DNA of 64,000 bases from an uncultured Actinomycetes bacterium (GCA_963848665.1 CAWKEF010000008.1:165184-229183); one strand, 5' to 3'; shown: positions 46,361 through 55,987, counted from the first letter of the stretch. Translations and numbers: made by a program. Notes: generated from the sequence alone by a model not told the origin.

Positions 46361-46645
46361 GTGCGCCGGCTTCGCATCCCGATCGCCTTCGTCGCCGTCG
46401 CCGGCATGGTCGCGGCGACCGCGCTCGCCCTCGGCTGGCCGATCGAGCGGGCCGTGTATCTCGCGCCCGTGATCGTCGTCGGCTTCGCCGCGGTCGCCGG
46501 GCTCCTGATCCTGTGGGGCAAGGTGGCCCTGCAGGGTCTTCGCGAGACGAGGCGGCCTCGGCTCGTGATCGCGCTCTGGGTCGCCGGGATCCTCCTACTC
46601 GTGCTGCTCAGCGTGCTCGGCGTCGAGCTGCCGCGCGAGGGGTAG
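46361..46645 (+). CDS. small membrane protein (3 TM)
   Basis: A 94-aa hydrophobic ORF in leaderless-type start context. Confidence 0.5.
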   Translation: MRRLRIPIAFVAVAGMVAATALALGWPIERAVYLAPVIVVGFAAVAGLLILWGKVALQGLRETRRPRLVIALWVAGILLLVLLSVLGVELPREG

Positions 46646-46666
46646 CTCGCGCACCGAGCCTGACGG

Positions 46667-47764
46667 TCACATGAGCACCTTCGGGAGGGCATCGAGCAGA
46701 CGCTCGACGTCCTGCCGCTCCGTGTAGGGCGCGATCGAGATCCGCAGCAGATCGTGCCGCGGTCCCATCGTCGGGATCTCGATGCGGTGGTCGTCGAAGA
46801 GCCGGCGCGACAGGTCGGGGTCCGGCCGCGGCAGCCGCACGCTCGCCATCTGGAGAATCTGAGCGTCCGGCGCGAGCGGCTCGGTGCCGAGGAGCGCGCA
46901 GAGCTCGCTCCGCGCTTCGCGGGCGAGGGCAACGCACTCCACACGGACGTCGTGTGCACGATGGAATGCGATCGCGTCGGGCACCGTGAGGTAGGCGGCG
47001 GAGTCGCGTGTCCCCTGCTGCTCCGTCCGCGAGATGAACGTCGCCGGCTCGCCGTAGCCCCAGCTCACGATCGGCCCGTCGACCCGATCCTGCCACTCGG
47101 GCCGCACATAGAGGAAGCCGGCTCCCTTGGGCGCACACAGCCATTTATGGCAATTGCCGGCGTAGAAGTCTGCGCCGAGCGCGGCGAGATCGAGGTCGAC
47201 CTGCGCAACCGCGTGCGCGCCGTCGACGATCGTGGCGAGCCCGTCCGCCCGCGCGCGGCCGACGATCTCCTCCACCGGAAGGAGCAGCGCCGTCTCCGAG
47301 GTGATGTGCGAGAGGAACAGCGCTCGCGTTCGCTCCGTTCGGTGCTCGAAGAGCGCGCCGACGTCGGCACGCACGTACCGCGCTCCCGCACGCTCGCACG
47401 CCCGCTCCCACATGAGATCGCACGCGCCGTACTCGAGACTCGTCGCAAGCACCTCGTCGCCCGGCTGCAGGTCGAGCGCGCGGGCTGCGACGTTCACGCC
47501 GGTGGTCGCGTTCGGCACGAAGGTGAGGTCTTCGGCCGGCGCGCCGACGAACGCGCCGAGCTCGGCGCGCGCCTCCCGAAGCAGCTCGGGCAGCCGTCGG
47601 ATGATGAACTCCACCGGCTCGCGCTCGAGATCGAGCTGCCAGGCCTGGTAGCGCTCGAAGACGGCTTTCGGACAGGCGCCGAACGTGCCGTGGGTCAGAT
47701 ACACGATCTCGGGATCCAGCAGAAAGTGCTCGCGCACGCCGCCGAGTATGTCGTCCGACCGCAT
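46667..47764 (-). CDS. class V aminotransferase (cysteine desulfurase/isopenicillin-N epimerase-like, PLP-dependent)
   Basis: ATG 47764. Motifs THGTFG, NATTG, SHITSETA, DGAH, and the PLP-Lys region NCHKWL.APKG.GFL. Confidence 0.85.
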   Translation of the reverse strand: MRSDDILGGVREHFLLDPEIVYLTHGTFGACPKAVFERYQAWQLDLEREPVEFIIRRLPELLREARAELGAFVGAPAEDLTFVPNATTGVNVAARALDLQPGDEVLATSLEYGACDLMWERACERAGARYVRADVGALFEHRTERTRALFLSHITSETALLLPVEEIVGRARADGLATIVDGAHAVAQVDLDLAALGADFYAGNCHKWLCAPKGAGFLYVRPEWQDRVDGPIVSWGYGEPATFISRTEQQGTRDSAAYLTVPDAIAFHRAHDVRVECVALAREARSELCALLGTEPLAPDAQILQMASVRLPRPDPDLSRRLFDDHRIEIPTMGPRHDLLRISIAPYTERQDVERLLDALPKVLM

Positions 47765-47782
47765 CCCTACCGTGAGCGAACC

Positions 47783-49663
47783 ATGCACGAGGGCACCTGG
47801 ACAGTCCGTCCGTGCCCGCACCGGCTGCAGACCGAGCTTGCCCGGGCGCTCGGGATCAGCGAGCTGACGGCAGGCGTTCTCGTCCGGCGCGGGCTCACCG
47901 ATCCGGACGAGGCACGCGCATTTCTCGAGGGCGCGGGCGCGCCTCACGACCCCTTCCTGCTCGGCGACATGCGGCTCGCCTGCGAGCAGATTCGCGCAGC
48001 CGTCGCCGCGGGCCGCCGCATCTGCGTGCACGGCGACTACGACGTCGACGGTATCGCGGCGACGACGCTCGCGGTGCTGCTGCTGAAGGAGCTCGGCGCG
48101 GACGTGGAATGGCATCTGCCGAGCCGGTTCGACGAGGGCTACGGCGTCTCGAGCGTCACGCTCGCCCGGCTCGCCGACGAAGGCTGCGGGCTCGTGCTCA
48201 CGGTCGACTGCGGAATCACCGCGGTCGCGGAGGTCGCCGAGGCGCGCGCACGCGGGTTGGACGTGATCGTGACCGACCACCACCGGCCGGGGGCGACGCT
48301 GCCCGACTGTCCGGTCGTCGCGACGCGGCCGTCCGGCTATCCGTTTCCGGAGCTCTGCGGCACGGGCGTCGTGTACAAGCTCGGCCAGGCGCTCTTCGGC
48401 GTCGACTCCGAGATCCCGAAGCGGCACCTCGACCTCGTCGCGCTCGCGACGATCGCCGACGTCGTTCCGCTCGTCGACGAGAACCGCGCGCTCGCGATCT
48501 CCGGTTTGCGCGCCCTCGCACGCACCCAGAAGCCCGGGCTCCAAGCGCTCATGCGCGCCGCCGGGGTCGACCCCGCGACGGTCGATGCAGGCGCCTGTGG
48601 GTTCCGCCTCGGGCCCCGCATCAATGCGGCCGGGAGGCTGGGACATCCGCGCGCAGCGCTCGAGCTCTTGCTGACCGATGACGCAGACGACGCGCGCCGG
48701 CTCGCCAACGAGCTCGAAGAGCTGAACCGTGAGCGTCAGGCGGTGGAAGGCCGCATCTTCCGCGAAGCCGCGCAGCAGATCGAGAGCTGGCCCGACGAGC
48801 ACCGCCGGCGCCGTGCCTACGTCGTCGCAGGCGAGAGCTGGCACGAAGGCGTGATCGGCATCGTCGCGTCGCGCCTCGTCGAGCGGTTCAACCGGCCGGT
48901 CGTCCTCCTCGCCGGCACCGACGGCGAGTGGAAGGGCTCCGGGCGGTCGATCCCGTCGTTCGACCTGCACGGCGCACTCGGCGCGTGCTCAGCGCTCCTC
49001 GGCCGGTGGGGCGGCCACCGCGCAGCCGCGGGCTTGTCGATCAAGCCCGAGAACATCCCGGCCTTCGCCGCCGCGTTTGCGGAGCATGCGTCCGGCCTTC
49101 TCGTCGACGACGACCTCCGCTCGACGACCGTCGTCGACGCCGTCGTGCCGCGCGGGATGCGGCTCACGCTGGAGCTGTGCACAGAGCTCGGCCGGCTCGC
49201 GCCGTTCGGGCTCGGCAACCCCGAGATCACGCTCCTGGCTCCGGGCTGCGAGCTCGGCGAGCTGGCGACCGTCGGCGAAGGCAAGCATCTGCGTTTCCGT
49301 GTTCGCCGCGACGGCGCCGACGCGGGTAGCGCGATCGCGTTCGGCTTCGGCGCGCAGCTCGACGACTACCGTGACGAGCGCCGCTTCGACGTCGCCTTCC
49401 GGCTGCAGGAGAACCGCTGGAACGGCACCGTGTCACCGCAGCTCGTCGTGCGGCGCATCTTCGGCGCCGTCGTGCGCTTCGACGAGTTGCGCGACTGGCT
49501 CGTCGCCGAATACCGCAAGCCGGCTGCGGCGCGCTCGGCCGATGCGGCGGCGATCTTCGCCGAGCTCGAGATCGAAGCAGCCGGGCTCGGGCGCCGGCAT
49601 CTGCTCGAGTCGGAGCGCTTTCGCGCGCTGCTCGAGCGCGAGCCGCTCGCGCGTGCCGCCTAG
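47783..49663 (+). CDS. recJ: single-stranded-DNA-specific exonuclease RecJ
   Basis: The internal ATG 47783 of ORF 46754-49663 is used because the upstream part is antisense to the aminotransferase. Motifs: DHH family HGDYDVDGI, TVDCG, VTDHH, and GGHRAAAG (DHHA1). Confidence 0.9.
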   Translation: MHEGTWTVRPCPHRLQTELARALGISELTAGVLVRRGLTDPDEARAFLEGAGAPHDPFLLGDMRLACEQIRAAVAAGRRICVHGDYDVDGIAATTLAVLLLKELGADVEWHLPSRFDEGYGVSSVTLARLADEGCGLVLTVDCGITAVAEVAEARARGLDVIVTDHHRPGATLPDCPVVATRPSGYPFPELCGTGVVYKLGQALFGVDSEIPKRHLDLVALATIADVVPLVDENRALAISGLRALARTQKPGLQALMRAAGVDPATVDAGACGFRLGPRINAAGRLGHPRAALELLLTDDADDARRLANELEELNRERQAVEGRIFREAAQQIESWPDEHRRRRAYVVAGESWHEGVIGIVASRLVERFNRPVVLLAGTDGEWKGSGRSIPSFDLHGALGACSALLGRWGGHRAAAGLSIKPENIPAFAAAFAEHASGLLVDDDLRSTTVVDAVVPRGMRLTLELCTELGRLAPFGLGNPEITLLAPGCELGELATVGEGKHLRFRVRRDGADAGSAIAFGFGAQLDDYRDERRFDVAFRLQENRWNGTVSPQLVVRRIFGAVVRFDELRDWLVAEYRKPAAARSADAAAIFAELEIEAAGLGRRHLLESERFRALLEREPLARAA

Positions 49664-50385
49664 TTCGGCTTCCGGCCGACGAAGATCGCCCAGCTGAAGA
49701 GCGCGCGCTGATAGCGCAGGTAGGCAGCTCGATTGGCCTCGTGGCGCTCGCGGATAGCGGGAGCATCGGGATCGTCTGCATGCGCGGCGAGCCACTCCTC
49801 GAATGCGCGCCAGTGGAGCGACTCGTACGTGTCCCAGTCGTCCTCCGACGACGCGATGAGCGTCACGAGCGCGAGACCGGCTTGCTCCAGCCTGTCTGCG
49901 GTCTCGCGGAGGGGCAGATAGCCCTCGTCGTCGATGCCGTCCGGGATGGGCCAGGTCCGCCAGAACGGCTCGCCGACCGCGACGTGCCCACCCGGACGCA
50001 CAGCCGGAATGAGGGCAGCGAGCGTGCCGTCGAGCCCGTCCCAGACGAACGAGGCTCCGAGACAGAGCGCCGCGTCGAACGCGCCGGCCTCGACGGGGAA
50101 GGCCTCTGCGTCGCCCTCCACGATCTCGACACGGTCGCCGAGCTTGGCGTTGGCGACACGCTCGCGCGCAGCGTCGGCGAACTCGGACGACCGCTCGACG
50201 CCGACGACGTGGCAGCCGAACGTCGATGCGAGCAAGGTCGCCGGTCCCGCCTTGCCGCAGGCCATGTCCAGCACGCGACTGCCGGGGCCGAGGCGAAGAC
50301 GCTCGCCGAGCAGGCGGATCTTCTCCTCGCTCGTCGGGTTCTGGAGCTCGTGGTCCTGCTCGCCGACCGCGAAGTACCAAGGCAT
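49660..50385 (-). CDS. class I SAM-dependent methyltransferase
   Basis: Motif I VLDMACGKAG, then the post-I acidic residue and following blocks. Intact 241-aa ORF. Confidence 0.85.
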   Translation of the reverse strand: MPWYFAVGEQDHELQNPTSEEKIRLLGERLRLGPGSRVLDMACGKAGPATLLASTFGCHVVGVERSSEFADAARERVANAKLGDRVEIVEGDAEAFPVEAGAFDAALCLGASFVWDGLDGTLAALIPAVRPGGHVAVGEPFWRTWPIPDGIDDEGYLPLRETADRLEQAGLALVTLIASSEDDWDTYESLHWRAFEEWLAAHADDPDAPAIRERHEANRAAYLRYQRALFSWAIFVGRKPN

Positions 50386-50619
50386 GCGGCGAAGACTACG
50401 CGCGCCGGGACTGCCGACAGCTAGCGACCGAACGAGACTTTCGCCATGCGCCGCGGCGCCGGGCGGACAGTCCGCGCGTGCTCGTCGAGCGAGGCGAGCG
50501 CGCGTGCGAGCTTCGCGACCTTGCGCGCGTTCTTTCGGCGGAAGCTGAGCACAGAACGCGACAATTCGACCGGGAAACGGCGGTTCCTCCCGCGGGGATA
50601 CGCCCGCGGAGGCCCTGAG

Positions 50620-50625
50620 TACACT
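50620..50625 (+). promoter_or_regulatory. -10-like hexamer TACACT, 8 nt upstream of GTG 50634 (relA)
   Basis: Read directly. Confidence 0.35.
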
Positions 50626-50633
50626 GAGAAGCA

Positions 50634-52844
50634 GTGGCGACGGTCGCGACAGGAGAGAAACACCAGGACCTCCTCGACGGATTGCTCGCGGAGATTGCGG
50701 AGTACGGCGGTGGGGTCGACAAGGAGCTCGTGACGCGGGCGTTTCGGTTCGCCGAGGCTGCGCACGAGGGACAGCAACGCCACTCCGGATCGGACTTCAT
50801 CGAGCACCCGGTGGGCGCAGCGCGCATCTGTGCCGAGCTCCGGCTCGACGAGCAGACACTGGCCGCGGCCCTTCTCCATGACGTCGTTGAGGACACCGCG
50901 ACGTCGATCGACGACGTGCGCACGGAATTCGGGGAAGAGGTCGCCCGCCTCGTCGAGGGCGTCACGAAGCTGACGCGGATCCAGTTCCAGAGCCGCGAGC
51001 AGACCGAGGCCGAGAACTACCGCAAGATGATCGTCGCGATGTCCGAGGACGTCCGCGTGATCCTGATCAAGCTCGCGGACCGGCTGCACAACATGCGCAC
51101 GATCGAGTACCTCGGGAAACAAAAGCAGATTCAGAAGGCGAAGGAGACGCTCGAGGTGTACGCCCCGCTCGCGCATCGCCTCGGCATCCATGCGCTCAAG
51201 TGGGAGCTCGAGGATCTCGCCTTTCAGACGCTCCATCCGCGGAAGTACGAGGAGATAACGACGATGGTCGCCGAGCGGCGCGCCGACCGCGAAGGCCATG
51301 TCGCGGAGGCGTCTGCGGTGCTCGCGCGCGAGCTCGAGAAGGTGGATATTCCCGCGGAGATCACGGGGCGCGCGAAGCACTTCTACTCGATCTACGACAA
51401 GATGGCGAAGAAGGGCCGCGAGTTCAACGAGATCTACGACCTCACCGCGATGCGCGTCACCGTCGAGCGCAACGCCGAGGAGGGAACCCGCGACTGCTAC
51501 GGCGCGCTCGGTCTGATCCACTCTCTCTGGAAGCCGATGCCGGGCCGCTTCAAGGACTACATCGCGATGCCGAAGTTCAACGGCTATCGCTCGCTGCACA
51601 CGACCGTGATCGGGCCCGAGGGAAGGCCGCTCGAGATCCAGGTGCGAACACGCGAGATGCACGAGACCGCCGAGCTCGGAGTCGCCGCGCACTGGTTCTC
51701 GTACAAGGTTCGCGGCGGCGCGAAGCCCGGCGAGGAGTGGCTCGACTGGGTCAAGCAGCTGATGGACGTGCACGACGAGGAATCCGACGCGCGCGAGTTC
51801 GTCAAGTCCTTCCGGACAGACCTCTTCGACGAGGAGGTGTTCGTCTTCACGCCGAAGGGCGAGGTGAAGACGCTGCCGGCGGGCGCCACGCCCATCGACT
51901 TCGCGTACGCGGTGCATACGGACGTCGGGCATCGCACCGTCGGCGCGAAGGTGAACGGCCGCATCGTGCCGCTGCACTACAAGCTGAAGAGCGGCGACCG
52001 CGTCGAGGTGCTCACGTCGAAGAGCGGGCGCGGCCCTTCGCGTGACTGGCTCTCGCTCGCCGCGTCGTCACGCGCGCGGAACAAGATCCGGCAGTTCTTC
52101 TCGCGCGAGCAGAAGGAGGACCTCGAGGCCAAGGGCCGCGATGCGCTCGAGGGCGCGCTCAGGGCGCAGAGCCTTCCGTACCGCAAGCTCGCCGGCTCCG
52201 CGGTGCTCGCCGGGGTGATCCGCGAGTCCGGGTACAAGAAGGCGGAGGACTTCTACATCGCGCTCGGCTCCGGCAAGCTGACCGCCGGCAGCATCGTCAA
52301 CAAGGTGCTCCAGAAGCTGAAGGTCGAACAGGTCGCCGAGGAAGAGGCCGTCCTTCCCCGCAAGAAGCCGCGCGCGCGCGATGCGATCGCGAGCAACACG
52401 TACGGCATCAACGTCGTCGGGGTCGAGGACGTCCTCGTGCGTCTGGCGAAATGCTGCACGCCGGTACCGGGCGACGCGATCGTCGGCTACATCTCGCTCG
52501 GCAAGGGCATCACCGTGCATCGGGGCGACTGCCCGAACGTCCGTGCGCTCATGCGCAATCCGGAGCGGTTCACGCCGGTCGAGTGGGACGGTGCGACCTC
52601 GGAGAGCTTCCGCGTGCAGATCGCGGTCGACTCCTGGGACCGGCCGCGCCTCCTGGAGGACGTCGCCCGCACCTTCGCGGAGCACGGGGCCAACATCGTC
52701 TCCTACGGCGGCGTCGTCGAGGATCAGATGGCGAAGAACTGGTACGTCGCGCAAGTCGGCGACCTGAAGTCGCTCCGCACGCTGCTGACCGCGCTCCGAA
52801 ATGTCGAGGCGGTCTTCGACGCGTATCGCGTCACGCCGAGCTAG
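50634..52844 (+). CDS. relA: bifunctional (p)ppGpp synthetase/hydrolase (RelA/SpoT homologue)
   Basis: HD hydrolase motif LLHDVVEDT, synthetase block GYRSLHTTV, a TGS region (FTPKGEV..LP.GATP.DFAY.VH) and a C-terminal ACT-like region. Confidence 0.95.
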   Translation: MATVATGEKHQDLLDGLLAEIAEYGGGVDKELVTRAFRFAEAAHEGQQRHSGSDFIEHPVGAARICAELRLDEQTLAAALLHDVVEDTATSIDDVRTEFGEEVARLVEGVTKLTRIQFQSREQTEAENYRKMIVAMSEDVRVILIKLADRLHNMRTIEYLGKQKQIQKAKETLEVYAPLAHRLGIHALKWELEDLAFQTLHPRKYEEITTMVAERRADREGHVAEASAVLARELEKVDIPAEITGRAKHFYSIYDKMAKKGREFNEIYDLTAMRVTVERNAEEGTRDCYGALGLIHSLWKPMPGRFKDYIAMPKFNGYRSLHTTVIGPEGRPLEIQVRTREMHETAELGVAAHWFSYKVRGGAKPGEEWLDWVKQLMDVHDEESDAREFVKSFRTDLFDEEVFVFTPKGEVKTLPAGATPIDFAYAVHTDVGHRTVGAKVNGRIVPLHYKLKSGDRVEVLTSKSGRGPSRDWLSLAASSRARNKIRQFFSREQKEDLEAKGRDALEGALRAQSLPYRKLAGSAVLAGVIRESGYKKAEDFYIALGSGKLTAGSIVNKVLQKLKVEQVAEEEAVLPRKKPRARDAIASNTYGINVVGVEDVLVRLAKCCTPVPGDAIVGYISLGKGITVHRGDCPNVRALMRNPERFTPVEWDGATSESFRVQIAVDSWDRPRLLEDVARTFAEHGANIVSYGGVVEDQMAKNWYVAQVGDLKSLRTLLTALRNVEAVFDAYRVTPS

Positions 52845-52854
52845 CGCGCGGCGT

Positions 52855-52868
52855 CACTCGATCGAGTG
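52855..52868. repeat. 14-bp perfect palindrome cactcgatcgagtg, overlapping two 12-bp direct repeats gtcactcgatcg (52853-52864, 52868-52879), just after the relA stop
   Basis: Read directly. Confidence 0.7.
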
Positions 52869-53097
52869 TCACTCGATCGGCGGAGCGGGGTACCCCGAAC
52901 GGGGGAGGGGCCGAAAGTGGCCGCTCACAGAGCCACGCCGTTCCCTCGAGCGAGGGATTGGGCGAGGAGGCGGCCGAACCCTGAATCGAGGGATCGACAG
53001 GAAGCGTGCGCGGATTACAACGTGATGTGGGGAGGGGGCGCACCAAAAAGCTGCGGCGCCCGGTCGGCGAGGACTCGGCCGGGTGCGCGGCTCAGCT

Positions 53098-53451
53098 TCA
53101 GGGCTCCCAGGACTCGCCGCCGGTATCCCAGCCGACGAGGCAATGGCCGGCGACGAGAGCGGCGACGCGCTCGAGGAACGTGCGGTCTTCCTCGGGCGCG
53201 TCGTCGATCGCAAGCTCAGCGACGCGGTCGCCCTGCCACGTGACCGGCACGCGCGTGCGGTGGGTCTCGTTCGGCGCTCCGGCGTGCGGGCCGAGTACGA
53301 GCTCGCCGTCCTCCAGGAAGAAGATGCCCGCCCAGGTGTAGCGGGCGCGTTCGTGGAGCGCCGCCACGACCTGCCGGAGGATGTCGTCCGCGTCGCCTCC
53401 GCGGTCGAGGATGCGCTCCACCGCTTCGAGCGCAGCGCTAGTGCTCGACAT
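53098..53451 (-). CDS. small GAF-domain-like protein
   Basis: A 117-aa ORF whose pattern YTWAGIFFLEDGELVLGPHAG is typical of single-domain GAF proteins. Confidence 0.55.
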   Translation of the reverse strand: MSSTSAALEAVERILDRGGDADDILRQVVAALHERARYTWAGIFFLEDGELVLGPHAGAPNETHRTRVPVTWQGDRVAELAIDDAPEEDRTFLERVAALVAGHCLVGWDTGGESWEP

Positions 53452-53902
53452 CGCTCCCCTCGAACTCGATCACCTGCGTGCGGTAGTCATCGGGAACCGC
53501 GAGCGCCTTGCGCTCCTCGAAGTCGACGTAGACGAGCGTCTGGTGGGCGGTGACGAGCAGCGTGTCGTCCGGCAGCTTGTAGGCGGCGAACTCGAAGGTG
53601 ATGCTCGTCCGCCCGATCCGCGAGACGCGTGCGTCGATCTCGAGCTCGTCGTCGAACCGTGCGGGCGCGAAGTATTCGACGTCGTTCGCGCGCATGACAA
53701 AATCGCCGTCGCTCTCGCGGTGCAGCTGACCGAGCATCCGAAGGTACTCGACGCGTGCCAGGTCGAAGTAGGGGTTGTAGCGGCCGTAGTACACGATCCC
53801 TTGCGCGTCGGTATCGGAAAACCCGACGCGAGTGCGAGCGCTGAACTTGAACGGCGGCCGAACCACGCGCGTGATCCTATTCGCCGGGCCTGGCGAAGCC
53901 AT
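53438..53902 (-). CDS. acyl-CoA thioesterase (hotdog fold, 4HBT/YbgC-like)
   Basis: RVGFSDTDAQGIVYYGRY is the catalytic-Asp N-terminal signature. The ORF is 154 aa. Confidence 0.85.
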   Translation of the reverse strand: MASPGPANRITRVVRPPFKFSARTRVGFSDTDAQGIVYYGRYNPYFDLARVEYLRMLGQLHRESDGDFVMRANDVEYFAPARFDDELEIDARVSRIGRTSITFEFAAYKLPDDTLLVTAHQTLVYVDFEERKALAVPDDYRTQVIEFEGSDVEH

Positions 53903-53919
53903 GTCCCGGTGTCAGACAC
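53900..53919. repeat. 20-bp direct repeat catgtcccggtgtcagacac, copy 1 (contains the palindromic core gtgtcagacac)
   Basis: An identical copy is at 54507-54526. The two flank the transposase-like gene. Confidence 0.85.
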
Positions 53920-53978
53920 GAACAAGTCGTGACGTTTTCGTGACGGTTCCGTGACAGGTAGGCGGCTACCGTCGCGGG

Positions 53979-54533
53979 ATGGGCCGCGAGCTTCGCATCA
54001 TCGACCCGGACGCGATCTATCACGTCATTCCCGTCGGGAGCGCGAAAGGGCCGATCGGCTTCGACGCGCACGACTTCGAGTCGCTCCAGGCGGACATGGC
54101 CAGGGCAGCTGTGCGCTACCAATGGGAAGCGTTCGCCTGGTGCGTGATGTCCACGCACTACCACCTGATCGTCAGGACGCCCAAGGACGGCTTCTCGCCA
54201 GGGTTTCAGCTGGTGAACGGCAATCACGCACGCCGAACGAACTTCCGCCACGCGCGGACCTCGCACCTCTTCAAGAACCGGCCGTTCGCGCTCCGGGTCG
54301 AGAGCGACGCCCACCTCGTCGCGGCGATCCTCTATGCCATCCGGAACCCCATCGCCGCCGGCCTCTGCAGGCACGCCTCGCATTGGCCTTTCAGTAGCTA
54401 CCGCGCGACCGTCGGACTGGCGGAGGCACCGTCCTGGCTGAACCTCGCTGCCCTCCGCGAGCTGTTCGGCGGTCCCGCCGAGTTCGAGCGGCTCGTCCAC
54501 GACGGACATGTCCCGGTGTCAGACACCGATTGA
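53979..54533 (+). CDS. IS200/REP-associated tyrosine transposase (RAYT, Y1 HUH) family protein
   Basis: YHVIPVG..., HUH motif STHYHLIV, and the catalytic-Tyr helix ILYAIRNPIAAGL, followed by W.FSSY. Confidence 0.75.
   Translation: MGRELRIIDPDAIYHVIPVGSAKGPIGFDAHDFESLQADMARAAVRYQWEAFAWCVMSTHYHLIVRTPKDGFSPGFQLVNGNHARRTNFRHARTSHLFKNRPFALRVESDAHLVAAILYAIRNPIAAGLCRHASHWPFSSYRATVGLAEAPSWLNLAALRELFGGPAEFERLVHDGHVPVSDTD
54507..54526. repeat. 20-bp direct repeat catgtcccggtgtcagacac, copy 2
   Basis: Identical to 53900-53919. It lies within the last codons of the transposase-like gene. Confidence 0.85.
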
Positions 54534-54537
54534 GCCG

Positions 54538-55887
54538 CTAGCCCCGGATAACGCCCAGCACCTCGTCGCGCTTCTGCTCCATCAGTTGCTCCGAGCGGGC
54601 TTCCAGGTTCAGGCGGAGCAGGGGTTCCGTGTTGGACGGGCGCACGTTGAAATGCCAGTCGTCGGCGGAGACCGAGATGCCGTCGAGGTGCGACACTTCG
54701 CCCTCCGACGCATACCGTTCCTTCAGCTCCTGCAGCTTCAGCGCGACATCCGACACAGGCGTGTTCAGCTCGCCCGTGATGAAGTAGCGCGACCGGAACG
54801 GCGCCAGGATCTCCGACAGCTTCCGGCCTTCGCGGGAGATCAGCTCGAGCATGAGCAGAAACGGCACGACGCCCGAGTCCGCCTGCGAGAACTCGCGGAA
54901 GTAGTAGTGCCCGGACACCTCGCCGCCGAACGCCGCCTGCTCCTTCCGCATCCGGTGCTTGATGTACGCGTGCCCGACGCGGTTGATCAGCGGCTCGCCC
55001 CCCGCGGCGACGATCGTCTCCGGCACCGCCCAGCTCGCACGCACGTCGTAGATGATCTTCGCCCCGGGCTCCTTCGCGAGCACCGCCCGCGCCAGCAGCG
55101 CCGTCGCGAAGTCTCCGGGAACGAACTCGCCGCTGTCGTCGACGAAGAAGCAGCGATCCGCGTCGCCGTCGAACGCGACGCCGAGATCGGCGCCCTCCGC
55201 GAGGGTCCGCTGGACGATGAACTCCCGGTTCTCCGGCAGCAGCGGGTTCGGCTCGTGGTTCGGGAAGGAGCCGTCGGGCTCGAAGAAGCACCGCTCGGCC
55301 GACACGGCCGGCAGCCGCTCGAGCACCGGGGGAAGCATCGCGCCCGCCATCCCGTTCGCCGCATCGATCACGACCTTGAGCGGCCGCAAGGCGTCGACGT
55401 CGATGAACGACAGCACGCGGTCGACGTATTCAGGCCAGATGTCATAGAGCGACACGCGGCCCGCACCGCCGGCCACCGCCGAGCCGTCGATCGCGAGCGC
55501 CTTGTCGCGCACGTCGAGCAGCCCCGACTCGCCGCCGACGGGCAGCGCGCCGCGCCGCACGATCTTGAGGCCCGTGTACTCCTTCGGATTGTGCGAAGCG
55601 GTGACCATGATCCCGCCGTCGAGCTCGAGCTTCCCGACCGCGAAGTAGACCATCTCGGTTCCGACGAGGCCGAGGTCGAGCACGTCGGCTCCTTCGTCGG
55701 CTGCGCCGCGCGTGACCGCCTCGGCCATCTTCGGGCTCGACAGCCGGACGTCCCGCCCCACGGCGATTCGCCGGGGCTCGAACTGCTGCACGTACCCGCG
55801 CCCGATCGCATACGCACCCGCCTCGTCGAGCTCGGCCGGGTAGATCCCGCGGACGTCGTATGCCTTGAAGACCTTCGGATCGAGCAT
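54538..55887 (-). CDS. phosphomannomutase/phosphoglucomutase
   Basis: TASHNP phosphoserine loop, AFDGDADR metal-binding loop and GGE.SGH sugar-binding loop. Confidence 0.9.
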   Translation of the reverse strand: MLDPKVFKAYDVRGIYPAELDEAGAYAIGRGYVQQFEPRRIAVGRDVRLSSPKMAEAVTRGAADEGADVLDLGLVGTEMVYFAVGKLELDGGIMVTASHNPKEYTGLKIVRRGALPVGGESGLLDVRDKALAIDGSAVAGGAGRVSLYDIWPEYVDRVLSFIDVDALRPLKVVIDAANGMAGAMLPPVLERLPAVSAERCFFEPDGSFPNHEPNPLLPENREFIVQRTLAEGADLGVAFDGDADRCFFVDDSGEFVPGDFATALLARAVLAKEPGAKIIYDVRASWAVPETIVAAGGEPLINRVGHAYIKHRMRKEQAAFGGEVSGHYYFREFSQADSGVVPFLLMLELISREGRKLSEILAPFRSRYFITGELNTPVSDVALKLQELKERYASEGEVSHLDGISVSADDWHFNVRPSNTEPLLRLNLEARSEQLMEQKRDEVLGVIRG

Positions 55888-55975
55888 GGCGTCGATGCTA
55901 TGGAACGCCGCGCCCAGGTGATGTGTCCTACCGATCGTGAGCTCGGCCGCAGGCCGTAGCAGGCAGTGGGCCGAC

Positions 55976-55981
55976 TACCAT
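55976..55981 (+). promoter_or_regulatory. -10-like hexamer TACCAT, 6 nt upstream of ATG 55988
   Basis: Read directly. Confidence 0.4.
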
Positions 55982-55987
55982 TGAGGC

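Noticed and set aside
46754-47782. N-terminal 343 codons of the 969-aa ORF containing recJ
   Set aside because: It is antisense to the class V aminotransferase. RecJ homology begins at MHEGTW... (47783).
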